Source of the DNA: Camelus dromedarius
Taxonomy: Eukaryota
Direction of reading: 5' to 3'
Length of the DNA stretch: 64,000 nt
Assembly: GCF_036321535.1 (NCBI RefSeq)
Contig: NC_087436.1
Span: forward strand, 99,388,001-99,452,000
Part shown: positions 24,440-36,055 of the stretch, one piece after another
How the letters are laid out: each line of letters opens with the position of its first letter
Numbering within the stretch: the first letter of the stretch is position 1
Notes under the pieces: model-generated
What the model saw: the letters and a program-made list of their open reading frames with translations, nothing else
The model's database searches: none
What the model was told of the DNA's origin: nothing
Program-made: the position numbers and the translations under genes

Positions 24440-25735
24440 GTTCAGTTTCTCTACTTTGAAACACTTTCTTCCTTTGGCTTCCAGGGCAGCATCTACTCCC
24501 AGGTTCTGCTTACATTATTGGGTGTTGCTCCTCTTCTTTCTTTGTCCTCCCCTCACCTCTCTACCCTCACAGCACCCTGGGGCTTAGTCCTAAAATCACA
24601 TCTTTTCTCTCTCTGTACTCACTCCCTTTGTGAACACACATAGTCAGTCACAGCACTCAACTTTGTATCTTGAGCTCCGCCCTGAACTCCAGATCCTTAA
24701 ATACAACTTCCTACTCTGCTTCCCTACCAGAGTTACTGGTAAGGAGCTCAAATTGAACATGTCAAAAACTGAGCTCATGATCTTCTTCCCTAATCCCCCT
24801 TCTCCCGTGGTCCTTCCAACCTCAGTTAATGATAAACCATCTTTCTATGTGCTACAACCAAATTCTAGTAATCATTGTTAACTATTTCTTTCATATCCCA
24901 AATTAAATCCATTATTTTAGCTGAAGACTCTTCTTCAAATATCTCTCTCTCTACTTCAGCCATGTTTTCATTAGTACCACAGTTATCACTCAGGTCCAAA
25001 TCTCCATCATTCTTGCTAATGTTATTATCACAGTAGACTCCTTACTAATTTCATTTCTCTGCCTCCTTTCATTTCTATCTATCCTCAGTGGAGCAGCTAG
25101 AGTAATCTTGTTTCAAAGAGGAGGTCATGTCAAGATCATGCCACATCTCTGCTTACAGCCCGACAATGACTCTCATCTCACACTAAGTAAATAACCTGGA
25201 ATGCTCTTTCTCCAGATATCCACATAGCTAGGTTCCTCCCTTCTTCAGGTCTTTTCGGAGAAAATTTGCCTCACCATGCAATTTAATGTTACAACTCTCT
25301 TTACACGCCTGACTTATTTGTCTCCATAGCACTTATCACTATCTAATATACTTCATCAGTGTTTCTCAAAGTATGATGGCCAGACTGGCAGCATTATCCT
25401 CACCTGAGAATTTGTCAGAAATGAAACTTCTTAGCCCTCAGTACATACCTACTGAGTCAGAAATGTGGTGAATAAAGGCCAGCAATCTGTTGTAACAACC
25501 TTCCACGTGATTCTGACGCATGCTATAAGGTTTGGGAACTATTTTCTTTGTTCACTTATTTTGTTATATATATTGTATTATAGTTTATTTTATTATGTAA
25601 TATATATATTCTCCTCCAAAAGTATAAATATCATGGAGAAAGGAATGATTTTTTTTTTATTGCTGCTTCCAAAGCATTTGGAATAGTGGCAAGTTCACAG
25701 TGTGTGCTACAAAACTATTATTGAAATAATAAGAA
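24440..25735 (+). mobile_element. L2 (L2a-like) long fragment including 3' end, interrupted by MER5A
   Basis: ctcaaattgaacatgtcaaaaactgagctcatgatcttc; acctggaatgctctttctccagatatccacatagct; 3' end gaatagtggcaagttcacagtgtgtgctacaaaactattattgaa. Confidence 0.8.
25357..25543. mobile_element. hAT-Charlie MER5A
   Basis: cagtgtttctcaaagtatg..ggcagcattatcctcacctgagaatttgtcagaaatg..cctactgagtcagaa..gtgattctgacgcatgctataaggtttgggaac. Confidence 0.85.
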
Positions 25736-27539
25736 AGTGTAGGATTTCACACTCAATGTCCGTACTCTTGTTATTCCCTCTGCCTATAACCTCCTTCTTT
25801 CACCCTTTGCCTTATTAAGTCTGGCTGTTTGTCTAAACTTAACTCATGTAGCATCTCTACTCTCCTTTAAACTCTACCTCTACTTGACCCCTGCAGCTCA
25901 GTTTTTATTAAGCACTTGCCTATTTGCCTGTAGAAGAGTTTATGTCATTTTTCACCACATCATGCATATACTAAAGTTACCTATTTGAATGCCCACCTTC
26001 TCTACTACAAAATGAATTAATTGAGGGTCAATTTCCTTTCTGCATACCTAGATCTTCCATAGTACAGAATATAAAATAAGTCCTCAATCAATATTTCTTA
26101 AATTATTAAATTGCATTTGGAAGATTGTTACCAAGGTGATGCAACCATTGAAGACAATTCAGATTAATTTAAGAATAACATCTTGGTTGTTGACAGGATA
26201 CAGGCTGTCCAGGAAACCCAAGGACAAGGAGGAAGCCAGGCTTCATGAGGGTCCAGGGTCAAGAAGCAGAAAGCCTCTCTGAAATAAGACAGCCACTTCC
26301 TCTGTGTTCATTAAACTGGGCTTTCATGTTCTCTACAGACAGATGTCCTGTCTTCCATCTAAGTGGAATACAAACATACACATGCATATATATAACCTTA
26401 TAAATCACTGAATAAAGTTATATATGAGATAAGATTCTACAACAGTGTTAATACTGTTAGACTGAATACACAGTCACTGAAACAAATGTAAGATAATTTT
26501 TTTTATAATTTTAGCATGGATACAAGTATACATAAACTAATTGCATATAGAAGAACTTATATGGTTTGAAATTTTCTAGTAACCAAACAAGTCTGATTAG
26601 ATGCATATATCTAACTAGTGTAAGAGTAAAAAAGAAAAAAAAGATTGTTTCCTTTTCCTCTGCATCTAATACTTGACATTTTAGGAAAGGCGAGACCCCA
26701 AATTCTTTCATTCAAGGAAAAGAGCACTTGTTGATTGCCAATGATTTTTGCCATGTTAAGCAGGGGACATGGCATCTGCCCTCAGCTTGTATCTTGTGCA
26801 CAGAAAATAAAGGGAAAATAACTATAACATGTGGCTGACAAAGAAGTAGGTATTGAAAGGCAGTTGAAGGTAAGATATTGGTCATACAATTCTGATTTTC
26901 TTTGGGGTAAAAGAAAAATCTAACTCCACCTGCATACTTCATAATCATGCAAATGTAGGAAAAAAAAACCTCTAATCCTGGTGAACTGTGTAGGCGCAAA
27001 GGAAGAACCATAATCTACAGATAATTTTCAATTCACAGGGTATTTCTGTGCAGCTCAGCTTCCTGGTGTTGGAGTTAATGCAGGTCAATGATGACTTAAC
27101 ATCAAGTACTTACACTAGATAATGAGGGCCATTCTTTATAACACCAGCACATCTGGTATGAAGAAAGCAAGTCAATAATCAATTGTTAACTTCTTTCTTG
27201 TACTCATGCAGTCCTAGTCCTCCCTTTTGGGCAGAGTACAGAGATCAGAAGCAGATTGCAGACCATGCTTGCTTTTCTGGATGTGTAAGGCAATATTTTG
27301 CTAGCAGCTTCCCTAGAACAAAGAGAAGGATCAAGTAAAAGATTTCAAAATGTATCTACTAAATTACTTTCCAGATCCAATGCCTGATTAAAGTAATGAT
27401 TACATTTGGAAGACTAAATATTTTCTAAATTTCTAGTTGAGTAGTCTGGCCCTCCATGGTGTAATCTCAATAAATAATACTGAACATGCACATCTGGAAC
27501 AGAGCATGTTTCTTGAGTAATTCTTTTCTTGTCCTAAGT

Positions 27540-27665
27540 TATCTAGATTTACTTGTCTTTGAGCTCCCTGAGACCAGGGGCTATGTCATAATTTATCTTC
27601 CATGCAGAGGCTAGCCCGGCACCTAGCACGCAATAGGTTCACGGTGAATGTCACTTGAGTGAAAT
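27540..27665 (+). mobile_element. L2 3' end
   Basis: tgagctccctgagaccaggggctatgtc...ctagcccggcacctagcacgcaataggttc..gaatg. Confidence 0.6.
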
Positions 27666-28589
27666 CATCCGTTGTGCTATTGATTTGCACTTACAGAATT
27701 GATTGCATAAAAGATACTCTCTATACATGATAATAGGAGGAAAATACAATTTTGTGGCTTTTCTGGAATGGGCTTAAAGTCGGCCATTTCCCTACTTTTG
27801 TTTTTTTTTTTAAAGAGAATAAAAAAAATAAAATAATGATAGATTGTAATGATCATTTACCTGTCAGTTTTTCTGACACTTTTCTGAGATCATTTAAGTC
27901 TAATGCAATTCTTTTATTTCCTTTATAGATTCCGATGTTTTTAATAGAAAAAAAGACTCTCTTGAAGTCTATTTGGAGTTTTCTGCTTTCTCTTAGCTTC
28001 TTTGATGTATTTCAAGAAACACAGCACTTAAAAAATGCATTGTGTCCTCATCCACATCCACCCCCGTTCCCCCACCACCGTCGAAGAAAGAAAAAAAGGA
28101 GTGTAGGGCTGATATATTTAGTTCTTATTTCTCCTTTTTATACTCCTTTTCACAGCCTCTCTGATGTAGTCAGTCGGTCATCTCACACATGTTAGGACTC
28201 TGAAAATCATTCTCACTACAGCAAAACCACTGAAGAAACATAGTTCACAGCCTGATGAACTCTCTTTGTGCTTGTGAATATGCCTTATTCACTCAATTTT
28301 TCAGCAGAAAACAATGAAACACGTGACACAGAAAGTGTCAGGCCTAACACTGCTCCATGCAGACTGCTTCTCTTCATGTAAAACTAACATACTCACCTTT
28401 GGCATAACAACATGCATTGGGAAAAATCAATATGGTTTGTATGGATAAAAAGGTTATACTGTATATTTTATTCTTCTGAACAGTTTAAAAACACTACTTT
28501 CAAGGCTGTATCCAGTATGAGGAAACTAATGTATGCTTAGTGTTTCTATTTATGAGGCGCTAAATGTGCATTTGTCAATATAACAGGAG

Positions 28590-29050
28590 GTGAGGTTGTA
28601 TTACGTAGTGCTATTAACATAGCGTTAAAACTCAAGTTAGCTTGGGCACTGAAGTAAATTTGTTGGTTCAAGTAGCTCAAAAATCCAAGATATTTTGGCT
28701 TCATTGCTGGATTCAAGGCTCAAATAGTATCTTTAGGGATCCTTTTATTTGAATTCCTTAAATAGACTCTCTTCCAATGGAGGACATGATGGTGGGCATT
28801 GACTTTCATCCTGACATTGTAATGACCCTGTGCAAAGAGAATCTTCTTAAGGCTTAGGCAGAAAAGCCCCCATGGGACTTTGCTTGGACAATTTGTGTAA
28901 CATGCCTAATTAGTAATTAGTTCATAAACTAATTACTGTGGCAGGAAGGTTGGGTAATATTGCTGGGCAGACCTGGGTCATGAGCCCTTGTGGGTCACTT
29001 CCAGTAAATTGACATGTGTTTCCCAGAAGAGAGATTTGTAACCAGACAAG
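28590..29050 (-). mobile_element. Old MaLR LTR (MLT1K/L-like)
   Basis: aaactcaagttagcttgggc..aaatttgttggttcaagtagct..ggcttcattgctggattcaaggctcaaatag..gacctgggtcatg. Confidence 0.5.
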
Positions 29051-29829
29051 GAGTAAGAGTATCCAGGACAAGCAGTAGCACTAAGTGTAGCTAACATAAT
29101 ATGATGCCTATTTTAAAGATGAGGAAACCAAGACTAACTTTTCATAACTAAGCTTAGATCACACTGTCATCTGATATCCCAGTAAATAACAGAACAGAGG
29201 CCTTCCCAGCAGCTGAGATTTGAATGTGTTCTTTCTTATGCATGTTTGTTTTTTCATAATCCAAAATCCAGTAAGATTTATATCTCAGTTACCTGACGAA
29301 TTTCTTCAGTGCTTTGTCCACGTAAAAATTCAGCCTTAGCTATGACATTATGCTACCAGTGAAAGCAGCACAGAAAATACCTGGGACCTGCACCTGTGCC
29401 AAAGACTATGCAGGGAAGAGCATTAAGTGAACCTGGTATATGCAAATAACCAATAGCTATAATTTAGATCTCACATTTAATATATTTCTTTTCTTAAAAA
29501 CTAATTTAACCCATTCTTCCTTGGTCACACAATCTTGGGATTAAAAAATGGAATAATATTAACAGTAATAAGCAGTCTTTTTCTGATTCTTACTTCCCAT
29601 CCATTCCCTGATCCCAATAAATGTTATTGCATATTAAATTTTAATCAGATGAAGTAAGTAATGTTTGTATTTCAAGTACCCCCAACTAATACTGCTGTGA
29701 GGTCCCTTCCTTCTCTCCTAACCTGGACTGCTCTGTTGGTGCGCGTATTGGCTTTCATTGCTGGTGAAGATTTGTGGCAGCACCTTCACTGTCAGTAGCT
29801 GACAGAGGATGTCAAATTCCAGAAAGAAA

Positions 29830-30001
29830 TGCAGCTTTGCTATATCTATACCTGTATCACTTCTCTGAGACCCTGAGCACCGAACTCTGTTAAAAATAAG
29901 GCCCAGCCTCCTGATTCCTAGATATTGTAAGATAATGAATATATGTTGTTTTAAAATCCTGTTTCTGTTAGTTTGTTATACAGCAATAGAAAGTTAACAC
30001 A
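29830..30001 (+). mobile_element. MLT1 LTR 3' fragment
   Basis: gtaagataatgaatatatgttgttttaaa...gtttgttatacagcaatagaaagttaacaca. Confidence 0.7.
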
Positions 30002-30020
30002 ATAGATAAGTAAAGCCAGT

Positions 30021-30683
30021 TGTAAGTAATGCTGGGCCGTGGCAGGCTTCCCCCCCAGGAAGGCCTGCCCCTTTGGGATTTAAGACATGGAGAAGAAGAG
30101 GTGAGGACGTGCTTTTGTGGTGGTGTGATAGAGTCTGTTCCGTGGTTGATGTTTGCTGACAGCTTGCAGCTTTCACTCAGCCCTTTTCCCCACTGCCTTT
30201 CCTCCAGCGAGGCAGGCCAGTATGTTAGCCCAGGCGCTCCATCCTTTGGACTGGCAGGACCATGCCTGCCCTGACCTGAGTGTGCACGCAGGAGATCTCA
30301 CCCCAGCCCTAGCCCTGACTTCAATAAAAGCCAAAGCCAGTCCCTCTTCCTGGCTCTCAAGTCATTGAAGGAACTGCCTAGGAGCCTTCCCTGCTCTCTC
30401 CACAAAGCTTCATTGTGTCAGCACTTTTTTTCATAAACTCTTGTGAGTGTGTGTGTGTGTATGCGTGTGTGCATGGGTGTGTTCTTCCAAGCAATATTAG
30501 CTTCAGAATTAAAACATCAGTGTTTTTTCCCATATTTGTGCATTTCATCTCCATTTTTTAACCAAAAACTTGTGTGTACCATACTCTATGCTCAGCTAAC
30601 TCTCCCATATTTGTGCATTTCATCTCCATTTTTTAAAGATTGTGTCCAGGCAAGAGACTCCTGTGGTAAGGATTTCACGCACA
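30021..30683 (+). mobile_element. ERVL-like solo LTR carrying an internal duplication
   Basis: GC-richer block starting tgtaagtaatgctggg, caataaaagcc near 30322, cataaactc near 30432, ending ...gatttcacgcaca; family not assigned, TSD not found. Confidence 0.55.
30528..30636. repeat. Perfect 34-bp direct repeat, two copies, 41-bp spacer
   Basis: tcccatatttgtgcatttcatctccattttttaa at 30528-30561 and 30603-30636. Confidence 0.95.
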
Positions 30684-31103
30684 CTGCTTAATCAGTGGAA
30701 AGATCTTTCACTGTCCTTCTGATCAAATCCTACCCAAAGGGATGGTTTTGACCAGAGGAATATATCTTCTAAGCTCTGGGCTATATTCAAAAAGATAAAT
30801 CAAAAAACAACTAGCTTCTAAAGTTACTCTTGAAATGAGTATCATAACTATTTGTTAGCAGTCTAGCAGAGCAAAAAATAAGATACCAAATAAAGTGTGA
30901 AAAATAGTTTTCAAATTCTCATATCCCAGATTTAGCAGCTTCTGTTAAATATACCCAAGGGGAGTTTACATGAAATCCTAATATATTTTAAATAGCATTT
31001 TTGAGACTATTAGTCTTGATAAAACTTAAATACGATATTCTATACCCTCATGGGAAGAATTTACATACATCCCTTATAGGCGAATACATGATATTTCTTT
31101 GTC

Positions 31104-31105
<2 letters not shown>

Positions 31106-31137
<32 letters not shown>
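31106..31137. repeat. (TG)16 microsatellite
   Basis: Read directly. Confidence 0.95.
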
Positions 31138-31139
<2 letters not shown>

Positions 31140-31384
31140 TGATAAGAAGTTGAGTTAGCTCAGCATAGAGCATGGTACACACAAGTTTTTGGTTTGGTTT
31201 TTATGTCGTAAATGTTGATCCTGAACTGAACTAAAATCTGTCATTGATTTTTCTGTGCAAGCAGTATGTTATATGCTCACTTCATAAAACATGAACTTTC
31301 AAATGGCTCCTCCAACTCTCCTTCTAAAGTAGGTGTAATGTTTTTGTATTTCCCTATTGTTACATGAGTGCACTCCTCAAAAGC

Positions 31385-31408
31385 AAAAAAAAAAAAAAAA
31401 AAAAAAAA
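31385..31408. repeat. A24 homopolymer
   Basis: Read directly. Confidence 0.9.
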
Positions 31409-31841
31409 TCCACTTTGACTAAAGGCTGGTCCTCAAATAGATGGTTGACTATGGTCCTGCTTGACAGTGCTTACCTGGCAGCTCTATAATATTGAAAGCT
31501 CACTACAAATGTCTAAGATTTTGTAAACTGTCACAACTCAGTATTAGGCTTTCATACTCCTCCAATGGCATTTTGCATCCTCAGATTACAAAACCATATC
31601 CTTAGGCCTATAACAAATAATCTCTTTTGAAAGCTTCTTCTCTTTCTCTGCTTGTTCTTAAAATGTTGCATTTTCCTCAGATTTTCTTCTTTGGAAAGAA
31701 ATCCTGGTGTCTCCTGGGGATTTTTTTCCCATTCAGGGTTTCTACCACCACCAACATGTAGGTATACTGCAAACATTCCCCTCCAGGTCAGACTTCTCTT
31801 CTAATTTCAACCCCATATAAAGACATTTTGACATGAAAGTA

Positions 31842-31844
<3 letters not shown>

Positions 31845-31874
<30 letters not shown>
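31845..31874. repeat. (CAA)10 microsatellite
   Basis: Read directly. Confidence 0.95.
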
Positions 31875-32727
31875 GTATATATAATACTTTACTGGCTTTT
31901 ACCTATGTAAATATTTCCACTTAATAAAGTTTTTTAAGAATAAAGGACATAGTTTTCAAGGCTATAGGTATGGTAGTGTGTAATAAAATTGTAATTTTTT
32001 TCAGAGTGTTGCTGAAATAGAAGGGTTTTTTTGGTAGTATGTATTTTTACAATCAATAGAAAATAAACTTCAACTTTTTTATATAGTCTCTTTTTATTTT
32101 TTTATATTAAAAGGTTAGGAATCAATAATGAAGGATCATGTATTTTTATTAAAAAAAAATACAAGTGCAGATATAAAAAAACTTCCTTGAAGCACAGGTA
32201 AGTGACATATATTATTTTTGGCTTGAGCAACATGACTTTTAACTGTCACGGAAGGAAATGAAATTTGTCTAAAACAATTTCTATTCATAAGGTCATAGTG
32301 GTTTTTATTGTGTGCTATCCTATGTGCTTATCATTTCCAATTTTATGCTTGTGTGTACTTTTGATTTTGTTTTGTTCTGTTTTTTTTTTTTTAGCTATTC
32401 CATAATAATTGCGCTAACATGAAGGGCCTAAAATTCTTTAAACATTTTTCTCAAAGACAGACCCCCTAATTCTGCCCTTTTATGAAACAGTCCTAGAATT
32501 AACCAAACATACTTGTGTATAAGCTTTTACTAAATAGAAATCTTTTCAAAATATCTTTTTTTTCTGTCCCCTTTAGTAGTTTATAAATATGGTATAATAA
32601 TACTTTGCTTTTATTTTTAACTTTTTTTCCCTCCTTTTTCTGTTGAGAATGGAATACTAACTTCTAATAATCTCTACCCCTACTCCATCCTTCAGCCTCC
32701 ATTAATTTTCTCTTTATTATTTGCTGG

Positions 32728-33340
32728 TGTGGGAGCCCATGACTGGGTTAACAAATTGTAACAGATCCCAGCCACTTATCTCCTTAAAGAAAATGTGCTT
32801 AGTAACTGCCTTGAGGTTTTAGCAATGACCCAGGGTATAAACGCTGGGCGTGCCTGCTGTTAGATAGTCTCCTATCCCCAAAATAGCCTTGGGCTGGAGT
32901 GATAAACAACTTATAAAAAGCTGCAGACTCAGAGGTGAGGAGGCTGGTTAGCCAATGATGGGTAGGATCCCCTGAGGGGGGCAACCTAAGACACAGGCAC
33001 AGCCTCCTGAGTCCAAGAAAAATGTTGTTAAGCAGCTGATTCTCATTAAGTTAAGATTCTGATAAGCTGAAAGGCTCAACAGGAACATGATTTACCAAAC
33101 AGGGTCTTCTGACCTTGAGCCAAACACCAACAATAAACAAAGCCCTGGTACTCATTGTGATCACACCCTGTCCTTCCCTAAATTCCTGCATTCCTCCTTT
33201 GACTGTACTCAATAAATACGGGAGCATTTGAGAAGTTCCTTGAGTTGGCTCCCGACTCCCTCTCCCTCTCTTGACTTTTTCCACAGGGTCTTGAGTAATT
33301 CATTCCGTCTCAGTGGGACTTCTGACGGCCAGAACCCACA
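32728..33340 (+). mobile_element. Solo ERVK (class II, betaretrovirus-like) LTR, 613 bp
   Basis: tgtggg...cccaca inverted termini; perfect 6-bp TSD TGCTGG (32722-32727, 33341-33346); TATAAAAA 32912-32919; AATAAA 33132 and 33211; gggggcaacctaagac motif. Confidence 0.92.
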
Positions 33341-33719
33341 TGCTGGGATATTTAAAACCAGGGTGATGGAGTTTGGTAAGGCAATTCAAATAGGAGTCTA
33401 TTAAAAATTTCATATGTGAAATGGTAAGGATTTCAATATAAAGCAAAGAATATGAAAAGCTATTTGCAATGTTCAAAGTCTTTGCATTCAGTTCTTATTT
33501 GGGCCTGTGTTCTAAAGGTTTGGAAAATTAGAAAAATTATATACAGATAAATGGGGTTAATTGTGTTGAATTTTTACATGAAACCTAGATTGTTTGGATT
33601 ATGTTTTTATTTGCCTATATGTACTATAATCAGCAACCAGAATTACACACACATATATAGTATACTGATATTATGGAGAAATACATATTTTGCACTAGCA
33701 ATAAGAATATGGCATTTAT

Positions 33720-35420
33720 AAGGCCATTGCTCTTTTAATTTATTATATTTGATCTTATTTTTTACCCATTCCAATATTCTTCTTTCCTTTCTGAAGTTTC
33801 AGGTTCTTTTCCCTTATCATTTCCTATCTGTTTAGAGAATTTTACTTAGCTATTTTTTAGTAGATTTACTAGCAATAAATTCTCTTAGTTTTCCTTTGAC
33901 AATTACTTTACTTCCTGTCCATTCTTGAAGAATATTTTTAGGAATTCAGGAATATTTCTACAGAATTCACAGTTGACAGTTCTTTTCTTTCACTACTTGA
34001 AAAACATTTTGCTACTTCCTTCTGGAAGATGAGAAATCTGCCATCATTCTGACTGGTGTTCCACTATAATTAATGCAGCATTTCTCTTTGGTTGCTTTCA
34101 AGACATTTTCTTTGTCTTCCATTTTTTTAAGTTTAATTATGTTTTTGAGCATGAATTTATTTGAGTTTATCCTTTTGGAGTCTTGTTTGGTTTCTTTAAT
34201 CTGTAGATTTTGTCCTTCCACAAGTTTGGAAAATTTTCAGACATTATTTCTTTAAGTACTCTTTTAGTCTCACTCTGTCTCTTCTTTCATTGTGGGAGTC
34301 TGTTGATACAAACGTATCTCATTTATTATTGTCCCCCAGGTTCTAAATACTGTTAATTTTTGTGAGGTTTCCTTTTTTGGCAGGGGGAGGGAGGAGGGGT
34401 CTGTTTTCCCTCTGCTGTTCAGATTGGGCAAACCTGAATAAGTCTTTGAGTTCACTGATTCTGTACTCTGACATTTCCACTATTAAGCCTATTCAGCAGT
34501 GCATATTATGAGACTCTGAATAGTATTTAATTTCCTCATTTAGCAGTCATTCTCCCTGCTGAAGTATGTCAAGCCAGAGCTGGGTTTGTGTAAGTAAGCT
34601 TCCCAGTGGGCCCTACCTATACCACCCAGCAGAAGTGGTGAGAGCTGACTCCCACTGCCTTGGGGTGGAAGTTCAGATGGCTATTTCCTGGTGAAAATAG
34701 GGCACCAACCATACTGCCCTGTTTCCCTGAGTCAGATTATAAAAGCTCCCACTGAGCCAACACTGAGGAGGAGGGAAGCACAGGGATGGCTAATCCCCTT
34801 TTTGCTGTAGGATGGGGTGGAATCTCAGCATTCAGGGCTAACTCCTTGCCCCACTGTGGGGCAGACACCACCTTAACAGAGAAAAAGGAGCACCACCTGC
34901 TTCCACTGAACAGAGGATAGAAGATCAGAAAAGCCATTGCCTGCTTCCATGCAAGGTGGGTAGGGAAAGTAGAAAATCAGCTCTCTTCTCAGCCCTGCTA
35001 CAACTGCTAGGGTAGGACATGGCAGTTTTTACATCTGTGTTTGGCTGAAGTAGGACAGGTCTTGCCAAAAAGGGTTTCTGTTGTCAGGCCACCCTCTTCC
35101 AGGTCTTTTGGCTAGAGGCAACAGCCTTTCTTGAAGCTTTTTTTTGTCTGTGCCAGATAACAGTTCTGGATTAGAATCTTCTAGAGCTCTCTGTCCAGGA
35201 TATAAGAGAGGAAAACAAAATCCAGGGAATTCACTGTTATACGGTTCCCCAAATAGGGAGAACTCTAGGCAGTGCACAGTGTACCTTCTTATTTCTGCTT
35301 TTCAGTGTCCTTGTTTGTTGTGTTAGGTCTAGGGTTTTGTTTTCCTTTTTGTTTAGTTGTAAAAAGAGGACTTTAGGAGGAAAGTCCTTTTTCTCCTCCT
35401 TCTTTGGGAATATATTTTTC
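33720..35420 (-). mobile_element. Old L1M 5'UTR + ORF1 remnant
   Basis: ORF 34012-34221 (QIKETKQDSKRINSNK..KNIIKLKKMEDKENVLKATKEK..INYSGTPVRMMADFSS) resembles the L1 ORF1p RRM/CTD; flanking sequence is antisense L1. Confidence 0.85.
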
Positions 35421-35859
35421 ATCTATTGTAACGTATTTTTCTATCATCACCTCACTCTACCCACTTTCTATTGATGAACATATAGCCCCCTCCCCATACT
35501 TCACTCTATCTCAGAATCTTCTCAACAATTTCTGAAAGCTTCTAAAGAGTAATTCTGACATAGGTATTCTTAGCCACCATGGGACATCAGCCATTTTCCC
35601 TTCCTTTTGCCTTTCTCCCATCAGCAGTGTCACTTATGAAGCCTTGTAAAAGTGCATCCTCCTGCTTGTGCTAATTTTGATGAGGATTCTCAAAATCACA
35701 CTGTGGGAGTTAGATACTGGTTCAAAGACATTGTGCTGAAGTTCAAAAAATGTCCATCCTTTATGTTCATACCTGTGCAGGAGGTACAAGAGTAAGTCAT
35801 GATGGTTTAAAGGTGGTCATTTGCACTTCTCATAGTTCCGAATGTTTTTGTATACCACT

Positions 35860-36055
35860 CATACTAGGTTTAAAAATGTCTTGTGAAAATTCATACCTAC
35901 CCAGAACCTGTGAATGTGGTATTATATAGAAATGATGTCTTTGCAGATGGAATCAAGTTAAGATGAGGCCATAGTATGTTAAGATGGTCCCTAAATCCAG
36001 TAAGGCTCATATCCTTATAATTGGAAAATTTGGACAGAGAAATACATGGAGAATA
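35860..36055 (+). mobile_element. MLT1A/B/C LTR 5' fragment
   Basis: aaattcatacctacccagaacctgtgaatgtggtatt..gtctttgcagatggaatcaagttaagatgaggccata..ccctaaatcca. Confidence 0.7.

Noticed and set aside
27039..27083. Possible 45-nt exon (ttcacag|...gcag|gtcaat)
   Set aside because: Weak donor site, no recognisable peptide, and no partner exons.
30528..30636. CRISPR-like geometry (34-bp repeat, 41-bp spacer)
   Set aside because: Only two copies, no palindrome, no cas genes, and it lies inside a mammalian LTR.
34012..34221. ORF resembling a real protein
   Set aside because: It is a decayed L1 ORF1p fragment, not a host gene.
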